DNA of 64,000 nt from the NCBI GenBank assembly GCA_041660025.1, contig JBAZXD010000001.1, positions 40,059 through 104,058 on the forward strand. The letters run 5' to 3'. This document shows, one piece after another, positions 18,263 to 28,495 of the stretch. Made by a program: the position numbers and the translations under genes. A model generated the notes under the pieces. That model was given only the letters and a program-made list of their open reading frames with translations. It did not search any database and was not told where the DNA came from. Position 1 is the stretch's first letter. Each line of letters starts with the position of its first letter. Origin of the DNA: Minisyncoccota bacterium (GTDB taxonomy: Bacteria; Patescibacteriota; Minisyncoccia; Phycocordibacterales; Phycocordibacteraceae).

Positions 18263-20410
18263 ATGAACAGAGACTACCCGCTTGAGAAAGTCAGAAATTT
18301 CGGCATCATCGCGCACATCGACGCGGGGAAGACGACTACGTCCGAGCGCGTTCTTTTCTATACGGGTTCCCAGCACAAGATAGGCGAGGTGCACGAGGGC
18401 GAGACGACGACCGACTGGATGGAGCAGGAGCGCGAGCGCGGCATCACCATTACCGCGGCGGCCATCACCTGCTTCTGGACCAAGACCGGCGAGCCGGACA
18501 AGAAGGATACGGCGAAGAAATTCCGTTTCAACGTCATCGACACTCCCGGACACATCGACTTCACCGCCGAGGTGAAGCGCTCGATGCGCGTCCTCGACGG
18601 CGCTATCGTCGTGTTCGACGGTGTTGCAGGCGTGGAGCCGCAGTCCGAGACCAACTGGCGCTACGCCGACGAGGCGCAGGTGCCGCGCGTCTGCTTCATC
18701 AATAAGCTCGACCGCACGGGCGCCTCATTTGAGAGTTCCTACGCGAGCATTCTCGACCGGCTCTCGCCGAAGGCTATCCGTATGCAAATCCCCATCGGCG
18801 AAGAGGCGGCGCACGAGGGTTCTATCGACCTGCTCACGATGAAGGCCTATACCTTCTCGGGGAATATGGGCGAAGAGGTGACCGCGGGCGAGATCCCGAC
18901 ACATCTCCTTGAGGACGCGAAGAAATATCGTGGCGAGCTTATCGAGCGTATCGTCGAACAGGACGACGCGGCGATGGGCGCCTACCTCGAGGGTAAGGAG
19001 CCTTCGCTCGACGAGCTGAAAACAATTTTGCGCAAGGCAGTCATACATAATGAGATTTTCCCCGTCTATTGCGGTAGCGCGCTCAAGAACAAGGGCGTCC
19101 AGCTCGTGCTCGACGCCGTCGTCGACTACCTCCCGTCCCCCTTGGATCTCCCGCCCGCGACCGGCAAGAATCCGAAGACCGGCGAGCCGATCGAGCGTCA
19201 TGCCTCTGACGACGAGCCGTTCTGCGCGCTCGCCTTCAAGCTCCAGACCGATCCGTTCGTCGGCGCGCTGACCTTCTTCCGCGTCTACTCGGGCACCCTC
19301 ACCGCCGGTTCCTACGTCTATAACTCGACGACCGGCTCGAAGGAGCGCGTCGGCCGCATCGTGCGCCTCCAGGCCGACAAGCGCGAGGAAGTCGAGAAGG
19401 TATTCACCGGTGAGATCGCCGCCGCCGTTGGTCTGAAGGATACGAAGACCTCGCACACGCTCTGCGACGAGGCGAACCCGATTATGCTTGAAGAGATCAA
19501 GTTCCCCGAGCCGGTCGTGTCGCTCCGCATCGAGCCGAAGACCAAGGCCGACCAGGAGAAGATGGGCGTCGCGCTCAGGAAGCTCTCGGACGAAGACCCG
19601 ACATTCCGTATCAAGACCGACGAAGAAACCGGCGAGACTATCATCTCCGGTATGGGTGAATTGCATTTGGAAATTCTCGTGGACCGTATGAAGCGCGAGT
19701 TCAACGTCATCGCGGATGTAGGGAAGCCGCAGGTGGCGTATCGCGAGACCATTCTCGGTTCTGCCGAGGCTGAGGGCAAGTACATCAAGCAGACCGGCGG
19801 TCGCGGCCAGTACGGGCACGTGAAGATTAAGATGAAGAAGATGGAACCGGTGGACCCGGAAAAGAAGGTCGCCAAGAACATCACGCGCGAAGACCATTTC
19901 GAATTCATCAACAACATCAAAGGCGGCGTCATCCCTCAGGAATTCATCGCGCCAGTGGAGAAGGGTCTGCGCGAGGCGATGGCGCGCGGCTTCCTCGCCG
20001 GCTTCCCGATGGTCGACGTCTCCGTCGACCTCTACGACGGTTCGTACCACGACGTCGACTCCTCGGAAATCGCCTTCAAGATTGCTGCATCGATGGCCTT
20101 CCAGGAAGCGGCGGGGAGGGCGAAGGCCGTCATCCTCGAGCCGATTATGCGAGTGGAGGTTATCGTGCCGGACCAGTTTATGGGCGACATCACCGGCAAC
20201 CTCTCAGGGAAGCGCGCGCAAATAGAGGGTATGGAGGAACGCGGTATGAACAAGGTCGTGCATGCGAAGGTCCCGCTCTCCGAAATGTTCGGCTACACCA
20301 CCACGCTCCGCTCGATGACTGAGGGCCGCGGTTCGATGACCATGGAGTTTGATCATTACGACACCGTGCCGAAGAACGTTGCCGACGACATCATCGCGTC
20401 GCGTAAATAA
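18263..20410 (+). CDS. fusA: elongation factor G
   Basis: [32 protein letters not shown], and full-length EF-G domain order. Confidence 0.95.
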   Translation: MNRDYPLEKVRNFGIIAHIDAGKTTTSERVLFYTGSQHKIGEVHEGETTTDWMEQERERGITITAAAITCFWTKTGEPDKKDTAKKFRFNVIDTPGHIDFTAEVKRSMRVLDGAIVVFDGVAGVEPQSETNWRYADEAQVPRVCFINKLDRTGASFESSYASILDRLSPKAIRMQIPIGEEAAHEGSIDLLTMKAYTFSGNMGEEVTAGEIPTHLLEDAKKYRGELIERIVEQDDAAMGAYLEGKEPSLDELKTILRKAVIHNEIFPVYCGSALKNKGVQLVLDAVVDYLPSPLDLPPATGKNPKTGEPIERHASDDEPFCALAFKLQTDPFVGALTFFRVYSGTLTAGSYVYNSTTGSKERVGRIVRLQADKREEVEKVFTGEIAAAVGLKDTKTSHTLCDEANPIMLEEIKFPEPVVSLRIEPKTKADQEKMGVALRKLSDEDPTFRIKTDEETGETIISGMGELHLEILVDRMKREFNVIADVGKPQVAYRETILGSAEAEGKYIKQTGGRGQYGHVKIKMKKMEPVDPEKKVAKNITREDHFEFINNIKGGVIPQEFIAPVEKGLREAMARGFLAGFPMVDVSVDLYDGSYHDVDSSEIAFKIAASMAFQEAAGRAKAVILEPIMRVEVIVPDQFMGDITGNLSGKRAQIEGMEERGMNKVVHAKVPLSEMFGYTTTLRSMTEGRGSMTMEFDHYDTVPKNVADDIIASRK

Positions 20411-20522
20411 CCAGGTATATACAGCATTTTAAACGGCTCAGACCCCGTCTGAGCCGTTGGGCTTCCCCAATGTATTTTGTGGTATAGTGGCTCTCGCAGT
20501 CCTTTATTCTAGGAGGTACCAA

Positions 20523-20702
20523 ATGTCTCAAACGTTACAGAAAAGTCTCAACCTCGGCCTTACCGAGCAAATCATCTGTTCGTACTGCAATGAGAGCATT
20601 ACGGAAGAAGATGTCCACTCTGGTAAGGTGTCCACAACATTTGGCTCTCCGATGCACCAGGAGTGCGCTCTCGACAAACATTTCGATGCGTTTGAAATCT
20701 AA
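20523..20702 (+). CDS. small Cys/His-containing hypothetical protein (59 aa) inserted between fusA and tuf
   Basis: Perfect AGGAGG (20511..20516) 6 nt before the ATG at 20523. MSQTLQKSLNLGLTEQIICSYCNESITEEDVHSGKVSTTFGSPMHQECALDKHFDAFEI with a CxxC...HxxC arrangement. GC is lower than both neighbours. Confidence 0.45.
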   Translation: MSQTLQKSLNLGLTEQIICSYCNESITEEDVHSGKVSTTFGSPMHQECALDKHFDAFEI

Positions 20703-20747
20703 GTGATGGGATGAAGGATTCTTTCGCTCTTTTAGTAGCGGCCGCCG

Positions 20748-20780
20748 ATGTAATTGGCGGCCGGTTTGTTTCCCCGCTTC
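20748..20780 (+). terminator. intrinsic terminator after the small ORF
   Basis: cggccgcc-(9 nt loop)-ggcggccg followed by gtttgttt. Confidence 0.5.
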
Positions 20781-20935
20781 TCTATCTTGCGCTTTTATAC
20801 GAGGTCGGGTACATTCATAGATAACGCATCTTGGCGTCGCTCTTTGGCTTTCTGCTGTTATTAGTGGCGAGCCGGAGTGTATTTCCGACTCGGGTCGGAT
20901 TATTAATTCGTGAATTATTAATTTAACCGATTACT

Positions 20936-22135
20936 ATGGCAGAATTTAATCGTGCGAAGCCGCACATGAACGTAGGCACCATCGGCCACGTTGACCACGG
21001 CAAGACGACCCTCACTGCAGGCATCCTGCATGTGCTCTCAATGCTCACCGGCGAAGGCTACTCGGCCCGCGTCGAAGGCGTCGATAAGATCGACAGCGCG
21101 CCGGAAGAGAAGGCGCGCGGTATTACTATTGCGCTCCACCACTCGGAGTACGAGTCGCCGAATCGTCACTACGCGCACATCGACGCGCCGGGACACGCTG
21201 ACTACATCAAGAACATGATCACCGGCGCCGCCCAAATGGACGGAGCGGTGCTCGTGGTCGCTGCGACTGACGGCGTGATGCCCCAGACGCGTGAGCACAT
21301 CCTCCTTGCGAAGCAGGTGGGCCTCAAGAAGCTCATCGTCTTCCTCAACAAGGTGGATATGGTTGCCGAGGCGGACCTCATCGACCTCGTCGAAGAGGAA
21401 ATCCGCGAACTCCTCACCAAGCAGGGCTACGACGGCGCGAATACGCCGATTATCCGCGGTTCGGGCCTCAAGGCGCTCGACGCCAAGGACGTAAGCGACG
21501 AATGGGCGCAGAAGGTGAAGAGCCTCGTCGATACGATGGACACCTACTTCGACCAGCCGGAGCGCGAGGTCAACAAGCCGTTCCTGATGCCGATCGAAGA
21601 CATCTTCTCGATCGAAGGTCGCGGCACCGTGGTCACGGGCCGCATCGAGCGCGGTGTCGTGAAGGTGGGCGAGGAAGTCGAGATCGTCGGCATCAAGCCG
21701 ACGGCGAAGACGACCGTCACCGGTATCGAAATGTTCAACAAGCAGCTCACGGAGGGTATGGCAGGCGACAACGCAGGCATCCTGCTCCGCGGCACCAAGA
21801 AAGAAGACGTGCATCGCGGACAGGTCCTCTCGAAGACCGGCGCAGTTACGCCGCATACCGACTTCGACGCAGAGGTCTACATCCTTTCCAAGGACGAAGG
21901 CGGCCGTCACACGCCGTTCTTCTCCGGCTACAAGCCGCAGTTCTACATCCGCACGACGGACGTGACGGGTGAAGTGACGCTCGCGGAGGGTAAGGAGATG
22001 GTGATGCCGGGCGACACAGTCACCTTCAAGGTGAAGCTCGTCGCACCGGTCGCGCTCGAAGAGCAGCAGCGCTTCGCCATCCGCGAAGGCGGTAAGACCG
22101 TCGGCGCCGGCGTCGTGACGAAGATCACCGCCTAA
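20936..22135 (+). CDS. tuf: elongation factor Tu
   Basis: [24 protein letters not shown], and C-terminal beta-barrel domains. Confidence 0.95.
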   Translation: MAEFNRAKPHMNVGTIGHVDHGKTTLTAGILHVLSMLTGEGYSARVEGVDKIDSAPEEKARGITIALHHSEYESPNRHYAHIDAPGHADYIKNMITGAAQMDGAVLVVAATDGVMPQTREHILLAKQVGLKKLIVFLNKVDMVAEADLIDLVEEEIRELLTKQGYDGANTPIIRGSGLKALDAKDVSDEWAQKVKSLVDTMDTYFDQPEREVNKPFLMPIEDIFSIEGRGTVVTGRIERGVVKVGEEVEIVGIKPTAKTTVTGIEMFNKQLTEGMAGDNAGILLRGTKKEDVHRGQVLSKTGAVTPHTDFDAEVYILSKDEGGRHTPFFSGYKPQFYIRTTDVTGEVTLAEGKEMVMPGDTVTFKVKLVAPVALEEQQRFAIREGGKTVGAGVVTKITA

Positions 22136-22156
22136 GCGTTCGAGGACTAGACTCAT

Positions 22157-22567
22157 ATGGCAACAGCCACGGCAACAAAGCCAAAAGCAAAGAAGGTCGC
22201 GGTGTCGAAAGCTCCGCGGGCGAAGGTCGCAGCCAAGAAAGCTGTAGCCCCGGCCCCGGCAGAGCACAAGCTCCGCATCCGCGTCCGCGCGTATGAGCAT
22301 AAGATCCTCGACCTCTCGGTGAAGCAGATTATGGACACCGCCGCGCGCTTCGACGCCGTCGTCGTCGGCCCCGTGCCGCTCCCGACCGAGATCAAGCGCT
22401 GGACGGTGAACCGCTCGACTTTCGTCTACAAGGACGCGCGCGAGCAGTTCGAGATGCGCATCCATAAGCGCCTCATCGATATCCTGAACCCCTCGCCGAA
22501 GGTGATAGAGGCCCTCACGAATCTCAACCTTCCCTCGGGAGTCACGATAGATGTGAAAATGGTTTAA
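22157..22567 (+). CDS. rpsJ: 30S ribosomal protein S10 with Lys/Ala-rich N-terminal extension
   Basis: Core HKLRIRVRAYEHKILDLSVKQIMDTAARFDAVVVGPVPLPTEIKRWTVNRSTFVYKDAREQFEMRIHKRLIDI. A ~35-aa AKK-rich tail precedes it. Confidence 0.9.
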   Translation: MATATATKPKAKKVAVSKAPRAKVAAKKAVAPAPAEHKLRIRVRAYEHKILDLSVKQIMDTAARFDAVVVGPVPLPTEIKRWTVNRSTFVYKDAREQFEMRIHKRLIDILNPSPKVIEALTNLNLPSGVTIDVKMV

Positions 22568-22585
22568 CAAAGACGACCAAGAAAA

Positions 22586-22620
22586 GCGAAACCGCCCATT
22601 TGGGCGGTTTCGCTTTTCTT
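22586..22620 (+). terminator. strong intrinsic terminator/attenuator between rpsJ and rplC
   Basis: gcgaaaccgccc-attt-gggcggtttcgc (12-bp perfect stem) followed by ttttctt. Confidence 0.6.
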
Positions 22621-22647
22621 GCATCTTTTTGCCACCTCGTGTAGAGT
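22619..22647 (+). promoter_or_regulatory. candidate sigma70-like promoter for rplC and downstream genes
   Basis: TTGCAT-N17-TAGAGT immediately after the rpsJ terminator. The following ~80 nt leader has long-range complementarity (aatcgct / agcgatt). Confidence 0.3.
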
Positions 22648-22724
22648 AGCCGAATCGCTATGTCCCATTGGGGACCTCCAGCACATCGCGCCCAGCGATT
22701 GCTGTGGCGCGATTTGCATACACA

Positions 22725-23339
22725 ATGAAATTCATCCTCGCCAAGAAAGAAAAGATGACCCGTATCTTCACGGCGGACGGCCTTGCGCATGCGGGGACTA
22801 TTCTTGTTACCGACCCTATCACGGTGACGCAGGTCAAGACGAAGGACGGCAAGGATGCCTACGCGGCTATCCAGGTCGGCCAGGGCGTGCGCAAGACGAA
22901 GAACATCAGCAAGTCGGTCTTGGGTCATACGAAAGGCAAAGGGTATGAAGCCATTCGCGAATTCAGAACTGACGAGACGGCGGAAGTCGGCAGCACCATC
23001 GACGCATCGGTGTTCGCCGTCGGCGACACGGTGCAGGTTTCCGGTCTTACGAAGGGTAAGGGCTTCGCGGGGGTCGTAAAGCGTCACGGTTTCCACGGCG
23101 GCCCGCGTTCTCACGGACAGAAGCACACCGAGCGCTCCCCGGGCTCTATCGGCGGCGGTGGCGGTCGTGCGGGCGGTCGCGTTGCCAAGGGTATGCGCAT
23201 GGCCGGTCGTATGGGCACTGACCGCGTAACCGTCACGAACCTCAAAGTGCTTGTGGTCGACGTGGCGGCAGGTAAGATCATCGTCAGTGGCGCGGTGCCG
23301 GGCCGTCGCGGTACCCTGCTTGAGGTCGTCTCTGCATAA
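22725..23339 (+). CDS. rplC: 50S ribosomal protein L3
   Basis: MKFILAKKEKMTRIFTADG...GKGFAGVVKRHGFHGGPRSHGQ...RMAGRMGTDRVTVTNLKV. Confidence 0.9.
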   Translation: MKFILAKKEKMTRIFTADGLAHAGTILVTDPITVTQVKTKDGKDAYAAIQVGQGVRKTKNISKSVLGHTKGKGYEAIREFRTDETAEVGSTIDASVFAVGDTVQVSGLTKGKGFAGVVKRHGFHGGPRSHGQKHTERSPGSIGGGGGRAGGRVAKGMRMAGRMGTDRVTVTNLKVLVVDVAAGKIIVSGAVPGRRGTLLEVVSA

Positions 23340-23349
23340 TTTTCATACT

Positions 23350-24069
23350 ATGACTACTGCTAAAAAGATAACGAAGAAGGTGAAGAAGGAATACGTCCCG
23401 GTCGAGGCGGCTATCTTCTCTATGGCGGGCGAGAAGGTCGGGAGCATCTCGCTTCCCGAGAGCATCTTCGGCGCGCCGTGGCGGAGCGACCTCGTACATC
23501 AGGTCACGACCGCGATGCAGGCCAATCTCCGTCAAAATCGCGCACACACGAAGGACCGCGCCGAGGTCTCGGGCGGCGGCAAGAAGCCCTGGAAGCAGAA
23601 GGGCACCGGCCAGGCACGTCACAGTTCCACACGTTCGCCGATCTGGCGCCACGGCGGCATCACCTTCGGTCCGCGCTCGGAGCGTGACTACAGCGAGAAG
23701 ATCAACAAGAAGATGCGTATCGGCGCACTCCTCTCGGTGCTCTCGCGGAAGGCAAAAGAAGGTGAGATTATTTTCGTCGACGAATTTACGTTCGGCGCAC
23801 CCTCGACGGCAGAAGCGAAGTCCGCGCTTGCGAAGCTCGCTAAGGGTTCAGGCGCGGAGCAGTTGGTGACGAAGAAAAAGAATGCCGCGCTCCTCGCACT
23901 CGCCACCTACAACGTGAGCGCGATAAAGAGCTTCCATAACTTCGGGAATGTGATGACCGAAGAGATGCGTAGCCTCAACCCGGTCGACGTGCTCTCGCAC
24001 AAGTATCTCATCATCGAGAAGCCGGAGGCGGCGTTCAAAGCACTCATTGCCCGCGCGAAGTCTAAATAA
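23350..24069 (+). CDS. rplD: 50S ribosomal protein L4
   Basis: KPWKQKGTGQARHSSTRSPIWRHGGITFGP. ATG at 23350 inside the longer track ORF. Confidence 0.9.
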   Translation: MTTAKKITKKVKKEYVPVEAAIFSMAGEKVGSISLPESIFGAPWRSDLVHQVTTAMQANLRQNRAHTKDRAEVSGGGKKPWKQKGTGQARHSSTRSPIWRHGGITFGPRSERDYSEKINKKMRIGALLSVLSRKAKEGEIIFVDEFTFGAPSTAEAKSALAKLAKGSGAEQLVTKKKNAALLALATYNVSAIKSFHNFGNVMTEEMRSLNPVDVLSHKYLIIEKPEAAFKALIARAKSK

Positions 24070-24075
24070 ATCACT

Positions 24076-24441
24076 ATGGCACTCTTCGGCACCACAAAGA
24101 AAATAAAGAAGGAGGCGGTCGTGCGTAAGCACCGTGCGCGCACCGCGCCGTCTGTAGGAGGTACTGCGCACGAGATCATCCGCGCGCCGTGGTTCTCCGA
24201 GAAAGCGCTGATGGCGACCGAGAAGGGCGTATACGCTTTCGCTGTGCCTGAGCGCGCGACGAAGGCGCAGATCGCCGGCGCCATCAAGGAGATCTACAAT
24301 GTCGAACCGAGGAAGATCCGCATCGTGAATCTGCCCGGCAAGCCCAAGGCAATGCGCACCAAGCGCGGCATCGGCCACCGCGCCGCGCGGCGTAAGGCGT
24401 ACGTGTACCTGAACAAAGGCGACACGATTCAGTTTGCCTAA
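24076..24441 (+). CDS. rplW: 50S ribosomal protein L23 (N-terminally extended)
   Basis: IIRAPWFSEKALMATEKGVYAFAVPERATKAQIAGAIKEIYNVEPRKIRIVNLPGKPK. Confidence 0.85.
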   Translation: MALFGTTKKIKKEAVVRKHRARTAPSVGGTAHEIIRAPWFSEKALMATEKGVYAFAVPERATKAQIAGAIKEIYNVEPRKIRIVNLPGKPKAMRTKRGIGHRAARRKAYVYLNKGDTIQFA

Positions 24442-24450
24442 TATTTCCGT

Positions 24451-25299
24451 ATGAAAACGTACAAACCAACTTCCAAGAGCCGCCGCCACATGACCACGCT
24501 TCCGTACAAGGAGCTCCTTTCCGGCCATGCGCCGCACAAGCCCCTGCTCAAGAAGAAGAGTAGCCAGGGCGGCCGGAACGCCTTCGGGCGCATCACCACC
24601 CGGCATCAGGGCGGCGGGCACAAGAAGCGCTTCCGCGACGTGGACTTCTCCTACAACAAGAAGAACATCCCGGCGAAGATCGAGACCGTCGAATACGATC
24701 CGTTCCGCAGTGCCTTCATTGGGCTCGCGCTGTATCGCGACGGCGAGCGCCGCTATGTCATCCTGCCGAAAGAGATGAAGGTCGGCAGTTCGTTCGTCGT
24801 CGGAGAGGATGCACCGCTCACGATTGGCAATCGCCTCCCGCTCGGGAAGATACCGGTCGGTACATTTATCTACAATATCGAGCTCCAGCCGGCCGCAGGC
24901 GCCATTCTCGTCCGCTCCGCAGGCAACTTCGCCGAGGTGGTCGCGCACGACGCCGGCTACGCGCAGGTGAAGCTCCCCTCGACCGAGATCCGCAAGGTCT
25001 CCGACCTCTGCTACGCTTCTATCGGCGCGGTGGGCAATGAGGAATACAACCTCGTCGTTATCGGTAAGGCAGGCCGCTCCCGCTGGATGGGCATCCGCCC
25101 GACCGTTCGCGGTACCGCGATGAACCCGGTTGACCATCCGCACGGCGGCGGCGAGGGCAAGCAGGGTCGCGGTCTCCGGCGCGCGAAGAGCAAGTGGGGC
25201 AAGCCCACCGGCAAGGGACAGAAGACCCGTACGCCGAAGAAGTACAGCAACGTCTTTATCGTTTCTCGCCGCAAGGTCGGCAAGAAGCGTAAGGGATAA
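24451..25299 (+). CDS. rplB: 50S ribosomal protein L2
   Basis: GRNAFGRITTRHQGGGHKKRFR...MNPVDHPHGGGEGK. Confidence 0.95.
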   Translation: MKTYKPTSKSRRHMTTLPYKELLSGHAPHKPLLKKKSSQGGRNAFGRITTRHQGGGHKKRFRDVDFSYNKKNIPAKIETVEYDPFRSAFIGLALYRDGERRYVILPKEMKVGSSFVVGEDAPLTIGNRLPLGKIPVGTFIYNIELQPAAGAILVRSAGNFAEVVAHDAGYAQVKLPSTEIRKVSDLCYASIGAVGNEEYNLVVIGKAGRSRWMGIRPTVRGTAMNPVDHPHGGGEGKQGRGLRRAKSKWGKPTGKGQKTRTPKKYSNVFIVSRRKVGKKRKG

Positions 25300-25318
25300 T
25301 TTCACAAATCAGGCACAC

Positions 25319-25346
25319 AAAGCCCCGCGAAAGCGGGGCTTTGCTT
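25319..25346 (+). terminator. hairpin terminator after rplB
   Basis: aaagccccgc-gaaa-gcggggcttt followed by gctt (short T-run). Confidence 0.45.
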
Positions 25347-25508
25347 AGGTAAGCTGCGCAGAAAAGTAGGACACATTGAAAACCCTATTTGTCAAAGTTC
25401 TGGAATCGCCCAGGATTTATGAGGGTGTTTTGGAACGGTAGTTTGACTTCGCAATCGCCTTCGTGTATCTTTGAGCTATCCCGCTGTGCGGGCTTTTCAT
25501 TACTTTTT

Positions 25509-25859
25509 ATGCCACGCTCACTTAAGAAAGGACCCTTCGTGGACGTCAAACTCCTGAAGAAGGTCGCCAATGCGAAACCGGCAACCGCCGGCGTAATAAA
25601 CACGTGGGCGCGCCGGAGCCAGATAAGCCCCGAGATGATCGGATTTACCTTCGGCGTCCACAACGGCAAGTCGCACGTCGAAGTGCTTGTGAACGAGGAT
25701 ATGGTGGGACACCGCCTCGGCGAGTTCTCGCCGACGAAGAAGTTCCTCCGCCACGGCGGTAAGATGCAGAAGGAGTTGGAGGCGAAGAAGCAGGAGGCTG
25801 AGATCGCCTCGGCGAAGGCCGCGAAGGCTCCGGCCGCCGCCGCACCCGCGAAGAAATAA
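25509..25859 (+). CDS. rpsS: 30S ribosomal protein S19 with K/A-rich C-terminal tail
   Basis: [19 protein letters not shown]...[29 protein letters not shown], then an [26 protein letters not shown] tail. Confidence 0.9.
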   Translation: MPRSLKKGPFVDVKLLKKVANAKPATAGVINTWARRSQISPEMIGFTFGVHNGKSHVEVLVNEDMVGHRLGEFSPTKKFLRHGGKMQKELEAKKQEAEIASAKAAKAPAAAAPAKK

Positions 25860-25862
25860 TAT

Positions 25863-26210
25863 ATGGCACGCGCAACACTCAAGAGCCATAACCAGACCCC
25901 GCGCAAAGTCCGTCTCGTCACGGACCGCGTGAAGGGTAAGAAGGTGTCGGTGGCGCTCGCGGAGCTCGAGTTCCTCCCGAAGCGCGCCTCGGAGACTATC
26001 GTGAAGCTCATCCGTAGCGCGGCCGCGAACGCGAAGGAGCGCGGCGAGAACGTTGACGATCTTATGGTGCAGTCGATCATCGTCGAGAACGCCGGTATGC
26101 TGAAGAAGTATATGCCGCGCGCGTTCGGCCGTGCCTCGATGATCCGCCGCCGGAAGAGTCGCGTGCTCGTAACGCTCGCCCCTATGGCGTCGAAGAAGAA
26201 GGCCAAATAA
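25863..26210 (+). CDS. rplV: 50S ribosomal protein L22
   Basis: ARATLKSHNQTPRKVRLVTDRVKGKKVSVALAELEF...RASMIRRRKSRVLVTLA. Confidence 0.9.
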   Translation: MARATLKSHNQTPRKVRLVTDRVKGKKVSVALAELEFLPKRASETIVKLIRSAAANAKERGENVDDLMVQSIIVENAGMLKKYMPRAFGRASMIRRRKSRVLVTLAPMASKKKAK

Positions 26211-26215
26211 ATTTT

Positions 26216-26917
26216 ATGACACACATCGTACATCCGTATGCGCATCGTCTCGGCATCATCCGGGACTGGAAGAGCCGTTGGTTCGCCGGCGATAAGAAGA
26301 GTTATCGCGAGAACATCAAGGTCGATGAGACGATTCGCCGTTTCCTCACCAAGCGCCTGCGCGGCACCTATACGAGCGGTATCGAGATCGAGCGCTCGGC
26401 AAACGAGCTGCGCGTCATCCTCTCGACGGCGCGCCCCGGGCTCGTCATCGGCCGTTCCGGTGAGAACGCGGTAAAACTGCGCAAGGAGCTCTCCGACGAA
26501 GTCCGTAAAGTCGCCTCAGGAGACCGTCGCGTACTGAAATTCGATATCAATGAGATACGCCAACCGGAGACCGACGCGGCGGTCGTCGCATATATGATCG
26601 CCGAGGGGCTCGAGAAACGAATGCCGTTCCGCCGCGTGCTGAAGCAGACGATCGAGAAGGTCATCGCCGCCCGTGAGGTCGAGGGCGTGCGCATTGCGAT
26701 CTCGGGCCGCCTCGGCGGCGCGGAGATGAGCCGCAAGGAGGAGCTCAAGAAGGGCCGCATCCCGCTCCAGACCTTCCGCGCGGACATCGATTTCGCGCAC
26801 GAGCAGGCCTACCTGCCCTATGGTGTCATCGGCATCAAGGTGTGGATCTACCGTGGCAACGTGTACCAGGACAAGAAGACGAAGGTAGCGCTGCCCGAGA
26901 GCGCGCCGCGCGGATAA
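26216..26917 (+). CDS. rpsC: 30S ribosomal protein S3
   Basis: VHPYAHRLGIIRDWKSRWF...KH-like domain...ISGRLGGAEMSRKEELKKGRIPLQT. Confidence 0.9.
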   Translation: MTHIVHPYAHRLGIIRDWKSRWFAGDKKSYRENIKVDETIRRFLTKRLRGTYTSGIEIERSANELRVILSTARPGLVIGRSGENAVKLRKELSDEVRKVASGDRRVLKFDINEIRQPETDAAVVAYMIAEGLEKRMPFRRVLKQTIEKVIAAREVEGVRIAISGRLGGAEMSRKEELKKGRIPLQTFRADIDFAHEQAYLPYGVIGIKVWIYRGNVYQDKKTKVALPESAPRG

Positions 26918-26926
26918 TATTTTCGT

Positions 26927-27349
26927 ATGTTGTTTCCCAAGAAAGTAAAACATCGCAAGTGGCAGACTCAGCGCAAGAGCGAGAAGCGCTTGAACCGTCC
27001 CGAGACGCGCGGCATTACCGTTGTATTCGGCTCGTTCGCGCTCAAGGCGCTCTCGAGCGCCCGAGTGACGAGCAACCAGATCGAGGCGGCGCGCAAGGTG
27101 CTCACGCGCGCGACCGCGAAGACCGGCAAGCTCTGGATCCGCATTTTCCCGGACCGTCCGGTGACCGCGAAGCCGGCGGAGGTGGGTATGGGTAGCGGTA
27201 AAGGCGACCCGAAGCACTACGTCTTCGAGGTGCGCCCCGGGCGCATCCTCTTCGAGCTCGACGGCGTGGCCGAGGACGTTGCGCGCGCGCATTTGCGGCA
27301 GGCGGGGATGAAGCTCCCGGTCAAGACATCGATCGTCACGCGCCAGTAA
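26927..27349 (+). CDS. rplP: 50S ribosomal protein L16
   Basis: MLFPKKVKHRKWQ...GMGSGKGDPKHYVFEVRPGRILFEL. Confidence 0.9.
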   Translation: MLFPKKVKHRKWQTQRKSEKRLNRPETRGITVVFGSFALKALSSARVTSNQIEAARKVLTRATAKTGKLWIRIFPDRPVTAKPAEVGMGSGKGDPKHYVFEVRPGRILFELDGVAEDVARAHLRQAGMKLPVKTSIVTRQ

Positions 27350-27371
27350 TAATTGCTTTTTTACGATTTCT

Positions 27372-27572
27372 ATGACAAAAAAGGATGTAATGGCCACGAA
27401 GACTGATCAGGAGCTCTCGAAGCTCCTCGCTGACACGCGCGCGACGCTCCGCACCGAGCGCTTCTCGGCTGCCGGCGCACGCGCGAAGGACTCTAATGCG
27501 CCGCGCAAGCTCCGTACCCTTATCGCCCGCGTGCTCACCGAACAGCATGCTCGTGCCCTGAAGGCCGCATAA
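27372..27572 (+). CDS. rpmC: 50S ribosomal protein L29
   Basis: 66 aa, ELSKLLADTRATLRTERFS..., in the position expected after rplP. Confidence 0.85.
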   Translation: MTKKDVMATKTDQELSKLLADTRATLRTERFSAAGARAKDSNAPRKLRTLIARVLTEQHARALKAA

Positions 27573-27577
27573 CTACT

Positions 27578-27853
27578 ATGGAAACAAAAACCCTCCGCCC
27601 CCAGACATTCGTCGGCGTCGTCGTGAAGACGGCGATGAAGGACACTGCCACGGTCAAGGTCGACCGCTATGTGAAGAACGCGAAATACAAGAAGTATTTC
27701 GTGCGCTCGAAGAAGTATCTCGCGCACGATCCGGGTAATACGGTCGCGGTCGGCGACACGGTGACGATCGTCGCGACGCGCCCCATCTCGAAGTTGAAGC
27801 GTTTTGCCATCGATCCGACGAAGACCGTCCGTGCGGAGAACGGCGCCGAATAA
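27578..27853 (+). CDS. rpsQ: 30S ribosomal protein S17
   Basis: TFVGVVVKTAMKDTATVKVDRYVKNAKYKKYFVRSKKYLAHDPGNTVAVGDTVTIVATRPISKLKRF. Confidence 0.9.
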   Translation: METKTLRPQTFVGVVVKTAMKDTATVKVDRYVKNAKYKKYFVRSKKYLAHDPGNTVAVGDTVTIVATRPISKLKRFAIDPTKTVRAENGAE

Positions 27854-27856
27854 TAT

Positions 27857-28234
27857 ATGTTGCAGCCCCAATCCATCGTTACTGTGGCAGATAATTCCGG
27901 CGGCACCGTCGCGCGGATCTTCAAGGTGCTCGGCGGGAGCAAGCGCCGCTATGCGGAGATAGGGGACGTGGTCGTTGTTTCCATCCAGACCGCGGCTCCG
28001 CGAAAGGCGGTGAAGAAGAAGGACATCTTCCGCGCGGTCGTCGTACGGCAGGTCAAGCCGTTCGGCCGCAAGGACGGTTCGTACCTGCGCTTTGATGAGA
28101 ACGCGGTCGTGCTCATCGAGAAGCAGGGTAAGGAGATGGCACCGAAAGGGAACCGCATCTTCGGCCCGGTGCCCCGCGAGCTCTCCGAGCGAGGCTGGCA
28201 CAACATCGTGGCGCTCGCGCCTGAAGTCGTCTAA
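27857..28234 (+). CDS. rplN: 50S ribosomal protein L14
   Basis: MLQPQSIVTVADNSGG...AVVVRQVKPFGRKDGSYLRFDENAVVLIEK. Confidence 0.9.
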   Translation: MLQPQSIVTVADNSGGTVARIFKVLGGSKRRYAEIGDVVVVSIQTAAPRKAVKKKDIFRAVVVRQVKPFGRKDGSYLRFDENAVVLIEKQGKEMAPKGNRIFGPVPRELSERGWHNIVALAPEVV

Positions 28235-28244
28235 TTTTTCTCAT

Positions 28245-28493
28245 ATGCATATCAAAAAAGGCGACAAGGTAAAGGTAATAACGGGCAAGGATAAAGGCAC
28301 GACCGGTGTTGTCCTGCGTGCGCTCCCGCGCGCGGACAAAGTGATCGTCGAGGGCGTCGCGCTCTACAAGCGCCATATGAAGGGCACGGCGGGGAAGGTC
28401 GGGCGCATCATCGAGAAGTCCCGCCCGGTGCACGTGTCGAACGTCGCACTCGTTTCGAAAGAGAAGATCAAATCCGCGCTTGACGCAAAATAA
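28245..28493 (+). CDS. rplX: 50S ribosomal protein L24
   Basis: MHIKKGDKVKVITGKDKGTTGVVLRALPRADKVIVEGV (KOW motif). ATG at 28245 inside the longer track ORF. Confidence 0.85.
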   Translation: MHIKKGDKVKVITGKDKGTTGVVLRALPRADKVIVEGVALYKRHMKGTAGKVGRIIEKSRPVHVSNVALVSKEKIKSALDAK

Positions 28494-28495
28494 TT

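Noticed and set aside
18725-20050. 441-aa ORF on the minus strand
   Set aside because: Lies entirely antisense within fusA. High-GC genomes generate long stop-free shadow frames. Low-complexity Arg/Asp/Leu-rich translation with no motifs.
20741-20790. GC-rich hairpin considered as part of a tRNA (tRNA genes often precede tuf)
   Set aside because: No T-loop (TTCGA/GTTC) or acceptor pairing can be built around it; it is followed by a T-run, so it was called a terminator.
21038-22624. 528-aa minus-strand ORF
   Set aside because: Antisense to tuf and rpsJ; shadow ORF of a high-GC coding region.
23848-25305. 485-aa minus-strand ORF
   Set aside because: Antisense to rplD/rplW/rplB; shadow ORF.
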